Part shown: one piece after another, positions 1 through 11,915 of the stretch
Layout of the letters: each line of letters begins with the position of its first letter
Numbering within the stretch: position 1 is the stretch's first letter
Assembly: GCA_025594325.1 (NCBI GenBank)
Contig: JANHCV010000003.1
Span: 434,001-498,000, forward strand
Direction: 5' to 3'
DNA: 64,000 bases
From: Blastocladiella emersonii ATCC 22665
Taxonomy: Eukaryota; Fungi; Blastocladiomycota
The notes under the pieces: generated by a model
Told to the model about the DNA's origin: nothing
Database searches by the model: none
Seen by the model: only the letters and a program-made list of their open reading frames with translations
Made by a program: the position numbers and the translations under genes

Positions 1-543
1 CATTCAGTACCGAGTCTCCAGTGCCGACAACTTTCGATCCTTAGGCTCAATTCCTTCATTCTCTAGGTGCATGGTTCACTCCCATCGGATCTGCTCAAAA
101 GGTCTGACACTGGCACATGGTTCGTGCCGCTGGCCAGTCTCTTGTCGACCCAAGCCGCCATGTTCTACACGGCGGGGTTCGACACGTTATCGTGCAGCTT
201 CTTCATGCTCTTTATCAAATTCATCCCCAGTGGCACGTTCGTGCTCGACCCGACATCGCTCGACGATGACGAGTACATCTGCCCTTTTCAAGGCCACGAC
301 CCACGCGGTCGCGCTCACGCCCGACGGGCGCAGCGTCATCGTGAGCGCCGCGCTTGGGGATGCAGTGGCCGCTGTCAAGGCAAGGAGTGGTCCCTGCCTG
401 CCGTCGTGACTCATGTACCTTGTTGGCGCGGTGGCAAGCGGCAACTCGCTCACACAAGGGGGTCAAGGCATGTGCGCACACGAGCCCGTCGGCCGCCGCT
501 GGTGTTGGAGAATCTGGCGGCGGATGATGGTTAAGCTCGCCGT
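1..543 (+). pseudogene. Degenerate gene relic (possibly beta-propeller-like), interrupted by the TIR element and continuing after 4420
   Basis: Codon-biased fragments in shifting frames (FIKFIPSGTFVLDPTSLDDDEY; HAVALTPDGRSVIVS). Joining 538-543 to 4426 gives aag ctc gcc gtc gac atc aag ttc ggg (KLAVDIKFG). Confidence 0.35.
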
Positions 544-576
544 GTCCATCACCAAACCGCGCCTGCCGAGGGCCCA

Positions 577-790
577 TGGATCCAGGGTGGATCCACTTCG
601 AGCCTTCCAGCGCTGGATCCAGCATTAATCTAGCGCTGGATCCAAATTTCGCAGACTGGATCCACCATCATGAAAGGTGGATCCAGCCTTGACTGAGATG
701 AGCTGGAATGAGCTTCGCGGCGACCTGGATCGAGACGTTGATCAACTTTCAACAATGTGGACCCACACCTTGATCCACGCGCCCTGGATC
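577..790. repeat. Left subterminal array of palindromic TGGATCCA
   Basis: Perfect copies at 577, 588, 614, 637, 657 and 678, plus degenerate (T/G)GATC(C/A) copies to ~790. Confidence 0.85.
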
Positions 791-959
791 AACTTGTTGT
801 AAATGTAGTTCTAGGCGTCGATCTACGTCTATATCCAACTCTTGCTCAGGCAGAACCAGGGGCTGATCGACGGTGAACGTGGTGGTGAAGAAACACGTGC
901 GAAAATGTATCGAAATAGTCGCAACGACCCAGCAAACCATGCGAGGAAGCCGAACGCAA

Positions 960-1399
960 CTAGACGTGTTCGTGCTGCTGCAGGATGAGCTCGAGCCCGT
1001 CGCCAAACGTCGTGTTTGCGCCGCCAGGATCACGGCGGTCCACAAAGTTGAGCGAGTTGGCGATCTGCGGCATCATGAGCAGCGTGACGCTCGCAGCGTC
1101 GTCGTACACGTTGATGAGGTACTCGGTGTACCCACCCTGGTGCGCCGACGATGGCCGGTTCCCGTTCGGCGCGACGTGAAGGAAGGCCGAGATGGCCGAC
1201 AGCGGCACGATGTGGAACTCGCACGTGGCGGGTTGCGTGGGACGGAGAGAAACGTCTGCCCGGCGTTAAGGCCCGGCGGAACGACGTGCGGCACCGACTG
1301 GTAGAGGTGGAACCGCTCGACGAGCGTGATCTCAAGTTCAATGTCGTCCAACTTCAGGTCAGAGGGCCAGGTGCGCGTATACCGCTTGGCGACGCGCAT
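960..1399 (-). pseudogene. Frameshifted coding remnant inside the TIR element, unknown product
   Basis: Codon-biased fragments in two frames: WPSDLKLDDIELEITLVERFHLYQSVPHVVP and EFHIVPLSAISAFLHVAPNG...YTEYLINVYDDAASVTLL. Confidence 0.4.
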
Positions 1400-1785
1400 C
1401 CGAGGCCATCAGCAAGCTCGATGTCTTAGCTGAGACTCATAAAGCTTCAAGATGCGAAAGCTCTCACGACCGCCGTTACGACTCTTCACGCGAGGGGAGC
1501 GCTGCGGCGGCGCGGCTTGCTCGCCGACCAGGTCCGTCTCGGTCCACTTCCAAAGCTCACGGCACGGCCACACGCTTGCAGCGAGTGATTCATAGATTAT
1601 TCATAGGATGCAACGTCGCGGTACCGTCGCAGGGAGAAGAGAGCGCGGCGCTGCAGCGAAGCGCGAGCCGCAAAACGCGTCGAAGCCAACGTCACGTGAG
1701 CGCGTCGATCGTTTCAGCCGCGTTCGCTTTTCGCGGACTTCGCGCCGCGGCGGCTCGCACTCCCTCGCCCCACCACCAACAGCCA

Positions 1786-3876
1786 TGCTATCGACCAACT
1801 CGACATTTGCGACCTAGCGCAACCGCCTCCTCCGTCACCCCTCAACCTCCATGTACCTCATGTCGACGCGCATCCGCCCGACGCCGCCACGGGCCCGCTC
1901 CGCTCGGTGACTTCCACGGTTCGCGTCTCTCGCCTTCTCCGCACCTTGTACTTCCCCGCGATGTGCATCCGCAGTCACGCCTCAACTCCGCCGACACGCT
2001 CTGCACGCTTGGGCGGGTCTTGCGCCTGCTGCGCTTGATGCTCGCGCCGCGTTCCCACGCCCTCCGCGCCGGCTGTCCGTTCGCTCGCCCGCTGACGCGT
2101 CACACGGTCACCTTGCTCTCTTTCGTAGCCTTCGAGATGTACATCAAGCTGCTGCAGCGCTCGTGGGGGCCGTCGTGACGCACCCGCGTCGATCTTGACC
2201 ATGGTCGCGACAAGGTGCGCCGTATGCGGCTCGGTCTCCTGCTCCCACGGGCCGAGACTCACATGTTCGCGAACTTCATCGGTAGGGCGCCAAGTACGCC
2301 AAGCGGCTACGACAAGCGCCGCGCCTTCGCCCGCCAGGCCAACTCGTGCGCGACGCGCTCAAGGCTACACGGTACGGGCCTTCTCCTTCGCGTTCTCGGC
2401 GTGATTCGCGCTGATCGTGGGCACGGACAGGCTCCGAGCTCCCGAGCGACATCGCTCGTGTCGTCGGCCCAGATCCTGGCGACGCGGCCCGTCCGTTCGC
2501 GCCATGTGTATACTTCGCCCGATCCCTTGCTCACTTGTCTCCGCCACGTCACCCATAGCCTCGGTCAACCACGACAAGCCTCAACGGTGCTCCAGAACAC
2601 GCGGCGAGGTCTCGCTGCTCGGGTCGTCGCTGGCCTCAAGCACGCGCCTGGCTGCACGTGCGAGTCCGAGTTCGAGGTACGCGACTCGGTCAACACGCGC
2701 CCATGGACCGAAGCTGACACGGCCGATTTGAGTAGTTCATCCAGTACGTCAAGCTGCAGCGGCAAGGGTCGCCTCGTCGTCCGCCCTTGTGGGGCGCGCG
2801 AGGTCGTGCGGCGTCGACATCATACACCCGCATCAAGGACTGGAACCTCAAGTACAAGCTCGGCATCAAGGATATCGAGGCGTTTGACAAGGAGGTACGC
2901 GGACGCGGTGTGGGTCGCCGCGGTGGCAGGTGCTGATGCCGCTTCCGTGTCGCTCACCAAGGCCCTGCAGACGATCCGCAAGCCGTTCAAGGAGAAGACG
3001 GAGTGGGTCGACCTCGTGCAGGCGGCCGCCGACAACTCGTGCATCATCACCAACAAGGTCGGCGAAAAGGAGTCGCTCACCAAGCAGTGGCTGGTCGGCG
3101 AGGCGCCCAAGGAGCCCCACCGCGCCACGCTGGCCATGGTCGACGAGCACGACGACGCCGAGCTCGACATGGATTTCGCCGACACCGACCTTGATGCGGC
3201 GATGTCGGTCCGCGCGTGCCGTGGTGCTCACCCGCTGTACGTGTCCTTCCTCGACCGACTCCTCTTTGGGCAGGCGAACGACATGGCCACCGCTCGAGGC
3301 TCGAACCAGTCGTCGCACGGTACGGCTTTGCTCACCAAGTCGCACTCGATCCCGTCGCTCACGTTCCGCACTGTAGTCAAGCGCATGGCCGGCTACGCGA
3401 TTGTCAACGACCTCAAGCTGCTCGACATCAACAAGCCCTTCTCGATGGGTCAAGTCCGGTGTGGCGCATCATGGCCGCGGTCGCTGTCCTTGTACGTTTT
3501 GCTCTTGCAATCTGCCGGGTTCCTCCGTTCGCCTTCGCCCTCTCTGACTTCACCGCGATGCACGCTCGCCGCTTTCTAGTGTGCATGGCGCATCACTGGG
3601 AGCGCGTACCAACAAGGTATCATCGTCGGCCTGACCAAGGAGGACGCCAAGGTGACGCTCGCCGACTACTACGACGCCTTCCTCGTCTCGCGCACGGGTT
3701 CAGTTTCCGTCGCCAAGCGCATCTACCTGGCCTCGCAGCTCCGCGTTCTGTTCAAGCGTGGGATCCTCAACGTCAGCCTCGCCGAGATCGCCCAGCAGAA
3801 CACACGCGTCGAGACGACCAAGACCCAGGCGGCTATGACCGTCGACATTGCGAACGACATCTGCCCCGACGAGTAG
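1786..3876 (+). pseudogene. Intron-rich cargo gene of the TIR element, unknown product, with frameshifts and an internal TGA
   Basis: About 8 short GT..AG introns (e.g. acceptors at 2128, 2284 and 2430). Exons include FEMYIKLLQRSWGPS*RTRVDLDHGRDK, FIQYVKLQRQ...KDWNLKYKLGIKDIEAFDKE, TIRKPFKEKTEWVDLVQ and ...TLADYYDAFLVSRTG...ICPDE*. Confidence 0.55.
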
Positions 3877-4039
3877 CTGCGCCATACCACATCTCGGGTG
3901 GCGGGGTGTACAGCGGGCGGTGCGAGCGCATCAAGGGCTGGTTCCTTTCCTTCATCTCGACCTCTCTGCGCACTCCATGGTCATCGTTGTGGGGCGTACG
4001 CGTGTGTATAGATTGAACCGTTTGACCCTTGATTCGCTC

Positions 4040-4383
4040 GTGGATCTTGAGTGCGCTTACGTGGATTGCGACGTGGATCAGCGCCTCGACTCGGGCTATG
4101 ACCAAATGGATCCACGCCAAGGTCGAGTTGATCGTCAAACTGATTGACGCAAGGATCCATGTTTATCGTGGCCTAGTTCCGTGCCTGGATTGCGATATTA
4201 CTTTCCTGGATCCAGCTCGCGATCCACCTTGACCAAAAGCTGGATCCATCTGAGAGGTCCGCACGGTTTGCGGGTGGATCCAGCTCGCCCAAGCTTGATC
4301 CACGCTTGATCCAGAAAAGTAATATCGGGATCCACATTCCCCCGAGGTCCATCCAGTCCACGGCTGGATCCAGGGTGGATCCA
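4040..4383. repeat. Right subterminal array of palindromic TGGATCCA
   Basis: Perfect copies at 4107, 4207, 4241, 4275, 4365 and 4376. The doublet TGGATCCAgggTGGATCCActt also occurs at 577-598. Confidence 0.85.
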
Positions 4384-4899
4384 CTTCAAATGGCTGGGGC
4401 ACGGTTTGGTGATGGCTGCCGCCGTCGACATCAAGTTCGGGTCGGGCCAGGCGCGGCGCAGGTCTACCACGGTCGACTAGACCGCATCAAGATGTACGCT
4501 ACCCCCGGCCTGATTTCTTCATGATCGGGCGACGAACTCAGACTCGCTGATCCGTGTAGCTTATACGAGGCTCCCCACGCGCCGCCTGCCCGTATCACGC
4601 GCCCGTGTCGTGCTGCGGGCTCGTGGCCGGGACTGCTCGCTCGGCATTCTACCTGGCAGTCGCCAATGACGCGTACGTCACCCTCCCGGCAAGCGTTACC
4701 GAGGCCGACGGCTGCATCAAGGCGTCATGGCGTCGAGCGAGCGGCCGCAGCCAGCAAGGGCAAGCAATTCACAGTCAGGTTGGTTTGGCAACAGCAGGTA
4801 CGCCTCATCTAACCTTCTCGCTGTCCCCAATTATGGCCAACTCACACATGTGCTGACATCGTGACGCTTCTTCAAGATCCACTCCAGCAGCTCGGCGTC

Positions 4900-7800
4900 A
4901 CGTCGACGTCAAGGGCAGCGAGGCGATTCGTTCGTGGCCATTCATCAAGGTACTCGTTCCCTCGCGCTCAAAACTCCTGCGATCGGCCAACTCACGTTCA
5001 TTGATCCGTGTCGTGTAGATTCTCAAGAACATCATCATCAACCGCGCCAGCAATCCAGCTTGTTCGCTCGCTTGAGACGTCGCGCAACCGTGACGTGGTG
5101 CGGCAGTTCACGGTCGGGCGACTTCTTGGCCACGGCCACGGCAGCAAGGTTCACTTTTCCCTCGGCTCGCTGCTGTAGTCGCGGTCGGGCAACTCACGCT
5201 CGCTTGTCCGTGTAGTTTATCCGCGACAGCTTCAACGGCAGTTGGAGTCGCGCACCCGGCTCGCGGTGCGGGATCGGATCGCGACCACACTCGCTTGACG
5301 CACACGCCCGACACGTCTTCAGAGTACGCACTGCCCTCCTGGCACGTGCCGGAATGTCGGCGAGCTATATCATAGCGTTGGGTGTCGGGCGACTGGTCGC
5401 GCGGTCCTGCACCGCGAGGCGGGTTCAGCAGGCGCGCGGCAGTGGCGAGCAACCAGCACACGGTCAAGTCCTCGGCCACGATTGACAGCAGTGTCCGTGT
5501 CGTCCAACTCGCGGTTGTTGTCACGCTCAGGCAAGACAACTGACTTTCGCTGCTCCGTGTAGACCCTTGAGAGCAACATCCGCGCCATCCAGCCAGCTCT
5601 TCACAATCGTCTTGTGGTGCGGGATTGCGACCTTGGCCACTTGTTTGACTCGTGCCAGACACGTTGTCAAAGTACGCACCGCCCTTCTGGCGCGTCTCTG
5701 AAGGTCGAAAACCTCGCTAGCTCGCTAGCACGCTATATCACCATCATAGCGCGTCAAGGCGTCAAGCGAGTGGCCGTGGTTGCGATTCTGCACCGTGAGC
5801 GTGACAAGGCGCGGCGGCAAGCAGGCCATCATGGTCAACTTCTCAGACATGGCAGCCAGGTACGCATTTCTCGACTCGCCGTCGTCGCCACGATCAGGCA
5901 ACTAGCCCACGCTCTTGGGTCCCTCCAGATCTCCAACTTCATCACGCACACGAGTTCACCACCAAGTCAAGTCAAGTCAAGTCAAGCAAGCAGCACACAC
6001 AGCCATCGTGGCCGTACCAAGGTACTACGCATTGATCTGGTCCCGTCATGGTCCTTTAACTGACACCCATCCAATATGTTGATTCGTCAAGCTTCGAGTA
6101 CAAGCTCATTGTGTCAATCCTCATCACGCCCGGGCACCATCAAGTTCACGCATCAACTACATCTTCCTTCTCGGCCATCAAAAACTCAAGCTCGTTCCCT
6201 TCCTCATTGCTCATCAAGAACATCAAGCAGTCCCTCTTCGTCGCCGACCCGCACGTCGTTCACAAATCAAGCAGTTTGGCACAAGCCCGAGTCGCGCAGT
6301 CAGCTTCACTCACCATCCCAGGCACCCTGTGCTCTGCGATCTTCACTTACAGCGTCGTGAATACACTGCTGTCCTCACGGACGTGTTCTTGTATGACTGT
6401 GACTTCTTCTCCTCCTGATTGCGTCACTGCCCGACTCGCATGATAGCCGCACCAAGTGAGCGTGATCAAAGCGGGTCGAGGCCATCGACGAGCCCGTTGA
6501 GCGGATGATCAGGCGATGTCTGGAACGGCGCAGTGGGAGCAGGATCCTCGATTTCGAGTACGTCGTGCAGCTCCTCGAGTTCCTCCTCGACTGGTCCGTC
6601 CTCTTGCTGCGCAGGTCCCACGCGCGTCGCCGCGAGCTCCGAGGCGGCGATGCCAGGAACAGTGTAGTGCGAGCCGAGCTTGAGTTGCTGCTGCGCCTAC
6701 ACCGAGCGACGTACAATGGTTGAGCGCAAAGTTGAGGCAACGAAACCGCAAGTGACCGCGGACCCGCTTGCGGATCAACGCCTCGGCCGCCGCAACGTCG
6801 CGGTCGTTGTCGATCGAGGGAGTGGATCGCCAGATGCGCGCTGGAAGCGATGCAGCAAGTCGCTGGGACTGAGGGCGCGCGTGGGGCGAATGATTCATGG
6901 CGGCGTGCGAGGTTCGGAAGCGAGGAAGCGACCGGGGAAGCGACTTAGTCGACAGCGCGTCGAATCCTCATAGAGATCCATCCTCGCTGCCGCACAGTTC
7001 TCCACGGGCCTCGCGCCGAGCGTGGTGCTGCTGCTGTAAGATCGGTCGCCACGGAACCAAGTCCAGACCGCCGGGTGGCGACCCAGCCCGCGGGGCGCGA
7101 GTGCATCGAGTCCCTCACGATATGATGCATAGCGTGGTCCACGACGGAGACTCGAGAGATCGGCGGCGACCATCACGGGTTGGCTGAAGGCAAGCGAGAG
7201 CGGTCGCGTTGCGCCACTTCTCGCTGATGACCGTTCATCGCTCGCTGCGCTTCCGCTCTCTCCGACCAAAGCGATACTCGGTGAATAGCCCTGAGAGATC
7301 ATGTTCAACTTGCGGCAACCGTTCAGATGCGCTGCCGTCTGCATGGGCTAGCCTTCGCACGCGCTGAGCCCCGCGGCGAGCGCGCGTCGGTTATTCGTGC
7401 CTGAGCTCATCGGTCAAGATGGATCATTATGCTGTTTTCAGCTCTTACCTGAGACCTACCGACACGGCACGCTGGGCTCAGTGCCGTCCCATGCTCCTTG
7501 AAGCGACACGCTCGACTCGACCGTGAGCACAGAGAACCGCTTGGTTTTACCCGCACTCTTTGGATCGACGATCTTATGAGGCCTCGGAGATGTTTCACAG
7601 CGTCTTGTCGACCTCCTCGAGCGGTTGGGTCGCGTTTGTATCCATCAGTGAGACGCGCTGCGCCCGTGGTGCAGGTCGCGCGCCACGCCACACCAACAGA
7701 ACTCTCACGTCGCCGCGCATCCCGCCCACGCTCCCGTCAACGGATTGCCTTGCGATGCAGCACATGAATCTGACGAACCCACTTGATGCAATCCCCCGTT

Positions 7801-10800
7801 CTGGTTCTTCTTCCTCAAACTCCATGGGCCGCCGCCCATTCGGCCCCAGAACGGGATCCCGTGCTGCTCGGCTTCGCAGGCGTTACCCCCGAGGAGCCCA
7901 CGGACCTCACGTCAAACTTCTCGTCCTTGCTTCTACACTCAAAATTGGCCTCCGACTCTCGCCTGACAGCTCCTCATCAACGAGGCACTGTCCTGCAGCC
8001 TCGCACGCATAGGAGCCGCACAGCGCGACCATTGGACCAATTTCGATGCTACCGCTCTCGAGTACTTCATAGAGAGAGTGGCCCGGCCTCGCCGTTCGAG
8101 CACTTCCTCATGTCGACCCGAACTAGTCCTTGGCGCCGTGCGCGACAGCTGAGTCTCGCGTCGAGCCACATCACCAAAGCAGTCTGGGCAAGCCTTGTGA
8201 TATAGGGCAGGCTCGTTTCCAGCGAGACCGGCGCGCTTGCCTCTTAAACTCGTGGATCGGCGCCGCGAGCGTTCCACACGTGCGGCGGCGTCCGTGCCGA
8301 GCGAAAAATGTCTCCAAACGCACACGTGATGTTCAGGTGAGCGAAAAACGCGTCTCCCGCCGCCGCTGCGACACATTTTCGCGCGCGTTTCGCAGCGCAA
8401 AAACGTTCCGCCGGAACGGTGCTCGGGCACCCAGCGAGGCCCACTTGGCGCAACGGATCCGTAATATTCGCGCGGCGGACGCGTAGACCGCGGGCCGCGC
8501 TCGCCCGTGCTCCCGGCCCGCGTACAAAGCGCGCCCCCGGTCCCGTCCCCGCTCTCTCGCTCTTCAGAACCCCGCAAGACTTCCTTCACTACTCTGCTCA
8601 CTCATCCGCCACCACCGCCCCATGCAACTCGATCCCAAGCGTACGGTGACGACATTTCTTCTCGCGCATCTGCTGCCCGTCGCGGCCGCTCCGATCCACC
8701 TCCCACTCCATGCAACACACACATCTCGCTGCTCGCCGATCCACTGCGCCGCGGGCTGCCGTTGTTGGTAGTAAGGAGTGTCGCCGACCCGGGGGCGGGC
8801 GGCTGACTTCCCCAACCCTTCGCTGAAGAGACGTCTGGTCTCGTTGAAGTCCGCGGTCCGTTTTTGCTCCCGTTCCGGTTGCGCGTGCTCTGCGCGTGCG
8901 GGCAGTGCCCTTCGGTGGAGGTGTGTGTGCAGCGCCTCGAGCTGTCCGTGACCAACTGTGCCCGGACTCGTACCTGACTGGAGGGTCCGGGTTCTCGCCG
9001 TCAGTTGCGGTTCCGCGCATCGACGTGCACGCAGTTTTGTTGCGGGCGGCTGGACCTCTCGCGACCAGTCTCCGGTGCCTCGGCCCGCTTCCCCGCCGTG
9101 CTAATCATACACGCGCATAAGTGGTCCGGGACTTGGCGCCAGAACGGTGCGGAGGTCGTGTGGGCGTTTGGTGGGTGGTGGTCGTCGAGCATCGCGGCGC
9201 GTCCGCGGTGCGTGGACAGGAGGGTGTCTTTAGCCGTGATCGCTCGCTCGCCGTGTGGGGTTCCGCGGCGAGTGACGAGGTCGCGACAGTTTTTGGAACA
9301 GCGCTTGCGTTGCTGCTTTATGTGTGTCGCTCGGTCTTTCCTCGCCAACCGGCTTCTCAGTACGGTACGATCTGACTCGCGGTCCCGAGTCACGGAGATC
9401 ACGCGCACCGTCACGTCTCGACGGTCATTGCGAGGCCGAGTCGCGCCTCCTTGACCGCTCGAGCTCGGCTCTCCCAGTTTCACTCACACGCTTTACTTAG
9501 TGTCTCATGGATCGCACCTCTCGCCATGTCACGCTGTCAAGGTTCTGCCCGTATCGCGACTTGGTTCAGCGGCACCTGGCTTGAGCATCCTTTGCAGCTG
9601 GGCGCGCGGCGCAGGCTGCGCTGTCAGTGTCGATCTCTCCCGTTTCTCGTCGCACCTCGTATGTCACCTTGGGGGATACATCGCCTCGTGCTCATCGACA
9701 CGAGTACGTGTTGCGCCACAGCGTGGACCACGGCGTGGACTCGAGGCTCAAGCCTCGAGCTCGCTTCCCCGCTTGGCCTCCCTGACACAGCGCCATACTC
9801 CATTTAAACCAATGAAACGCGAGCATAACTTGCTGAAACTTATTAAGCGGGCCTTGTACTGGACAGACCGTGGGCGCACGCCGGCTGGCAACGCAGTATA
9901 CCCAGGCCCAGCTCGCGTGCGCCACGCTCGCGGACCGCGATCTCTCAGGTCGCTCATAGTAGTACGATTTCGCCAATACCTGAACATGTACACTTCCACC
10001 GCAACCGAAAATGCGAAGGCTCATTAACTTGCGGTAAGGGCCCGGACTTCGGCAGTAAGGGCCCAGACTTCGGCCCTCCCGCGCGGAGACTGCGGCGCCA
10101 CGGGCTTCGGCGACGCGAAGAGCGACCAGGCCAGCAGTTGGGACCCCTTCTTCGTCGCCATCCTGTTCTCGATCGTCGGCGTGGTTCACAGAAAAATTGA
10201 GTTGATCCGCCGCGTCATCCCACGCGACATTATCGGGTCCGACCCTGGCAAGCTCAAAGAGGCGTTCGATGGTGCACATTTTCCACGAGTTCGCAAGCAC
10301 TGTTTTTCAAGTGCTTAATTATGTACTTCGACTACGGCTCCTCGCTTGCCCTGATCCACATCGACTTCACGGGCGCCGCCCTCATCTGATTGTGCATAAA
10401 GGACGCCAACAGCCAGGCGTGCGAGGGCCCGGCCGAGTCCAAACGCGTCTTGCGCAACACGCTCACCGAGCCGTCTGCCATCTTCTACTCGACCTCAATC
10501 TCTTGTGCGCCAACCGGTCCTCGTATCGCTTATCCCCACTTACACGCTACCCTTGTCCTGTTCTGTCCTACACGGCTACCTTAAGAACTTGCTGCTATTA
10601 CACTACGCAAACTTATGCCTGCTAGCGGGCTCGTACTACCAGTTTCCTGTGCGCCGGGATCCCACTTTGGCAAGCTTGATCGACGCTTCTGGCGGCCTCG
10701 CCATTATCAACGCCGTCGTGCCGCCCCACCACGCAGCCCAGCCTCGGCGCCCTTGTCGTCGCGCAGGTGTTCCCGCTCACGACGCCGTTTGCCCACGTGG

Positions 10801-10860
10801 AGGCGTGGGTTTGGTTCCTCGCCGCCATCGTGATGCCCGTGTCTTCGCGCTGAGCCGTGG
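4900..10860. pseudogene. Several heavily degraded gene relics on both strands
   Basis: Short codon-biased stretches broken by stops and frameshifts: AQQQLKLGSHYTVPG...VEEELEELHDVLEIED (minus, ~6470-6700), WDPFFVAILFSIVGVVHRKIEL (plus, ~10140) and an ATG plus intron at 8622. No family recognised. Confidence 0.3.
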
Positions 10861-10863
10861 GTG

Positions 10864-11188
10864 AGTTCAAGTACACACGCGCACGCTGGCCCAACCGCGA
10901 GAGACGCGTCGGGCAATCACGCGAGTGGCACGCGCTGGCGGCGCCACACTTCCAGTCACCGCCGGCGGACTGCCTCGCCGCGGGGTCGCACGCTCACCTC
11001 AAGCGAGCGTCTCCGCTCCCTCTGGTTTTGTTCGAGATCGCTGCTACTATTAGCCGTCGTTATACACCCTCTCCTCCCTTCTGCGTCTACCTCCTTCGCC
11101 GTGTCCATCACCGTCTCCATCATCTCCTCAGCCTTCCGTGCATCGTGCTCAACCTTCCTCTCGCACCCTGCACCTGTACGCTTCAACT
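10864..11188 (+). repeat. 5' LTR (AGTTCAAG...TTCAACT)
   Basis: Ungapped match to 18064-18388 with 8 mismatches in 325 bp. Confidence 0.95.
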
Positions 11189-11200
11189 GGTTATGAGCCC
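11189..11200 (+). promoter_or_regulatory. Primer-binding site GGTTATGAGCCC (anticodon arm of initiator tRNA-Met)
   Basis: It directly follows the 5' LTR and is the reverse complement of GGGCUCAUAACC, the same class of internal PBS used by Drosophila copia and Ty5. Confidence 0.8.
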
Positions 11201-11497
11201 TGCTCGCCCTTGAAGCTTGATGTACGTACGGCCTCCGCTTCCTCCAAGTCGCTTCCACACCTCCCTGCCGCCGCGCGGTCACTGCACCTGCGCCCGCTGT
11301 ACTGGCGTGGGCCGCGGACCGTGCGAGCGGCCGAGCACCAGGGCGGGAATCGCTGCCTGCCCCGTGGCGGGTCCCAGTGCCTGCAGCGGTTGACACGGGG
11401 CCGCCGGCGTGGTTAGCCCGGCCGCCCACCTCCGTTCTCCCTCACGTCGACGTGTGCGCCACCTCGCGCTCACGGCAGCAGATCGTGCCGTTGGGTA

Positions 11498-11915
11498 TCC
11501 CGCGTATCAGTGCACCACCGCCTTGCGCGTTAGCCAAGTGCGCACACTGTGTTAGCAGATACCCTTCTGCACGATAGTCGCAATGACGGAAACCGCGTTC
11601 GCCACCCGTGTTCGCGGCGGTTCGCGCCGCCGGGCGTCCCGCGAATCGGTGCACCACCGCCTTGCGCGTTAGCCAAGTGCGCACACCGTATTAGCAGACC
11701 CCGCGCCGCGCGTTCCAGCAACCTCCCCGCCGCCGGGCGTCCCGCGTATCAGTGCACCACCGCCTTGCGCGTTAGCCAAGTGCGCACACCGTGTAAGCAG
11801 ACCCCGCGCCACGAGCTCCTGCAACTTCCCCGCCGCCAGGCGTCCCGCGTATCGGTGCACCACCGCCTTGCGCGTTAGCCAAGTGCGCACACCGTGTAAG
11901 CAGACCCCGCGCGGC
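11498..11915 (+). repeat. Tandem repeat of ~103 bp x4 with an invariant 38-bp core
   Basis: GTGCACCACCGCCTTGCGCGTTAGCCAAGTGCGCACAC occurs at 11510, 11649, 11752 and 11855 (spacing 139, 103, 103). Confidence 0.9.

Larger units (their letters stand above)
544..4419. mobile_element. Unclassified TIR DNA element (hAT-like architecture), no recognisable transposase
   Basis: Inverted repeats CCATCACCAAACCGCGCC (546-563) and GGCACGGTTTGGTGATGG (4398-4415) match 17/18. CGCCGT is directly repeated at 538-543 and 4420-4425. Both inner ends carry TGGATCCA arrays. Confidence 0.7.

Noticed and set aside
4395-4415. GGGGCACGGTTTGG as the left TIR of a second Harbinger
   Set aside because: There is no adjacent TAA/TTA TSD, and the subterminal arrays and partner repeat lie on the other side.
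5108-5662. YDIA peptide suggesting a KDZ/Zisupton transposase
   Set aside because: It is a single 4-aa match with no flanking CxH, GE or ERxW motifs, and the frame lacks codon bias.
10034-10074. TAAGGGCCC x2 resembling Harbinger ends
   Set aside because: It is a 21-bp tandem duplication that does not continue into GTTTGG and has no partner TIR.
11498-11915. CRISPR-like pattern of an identical 38-bp repeat with intervening sequences
   Set aside because: The intervening segments are homologous to each other, the array lies inside a eukaryotic LTR element, and there are no cas genes. It is a minisatellite.
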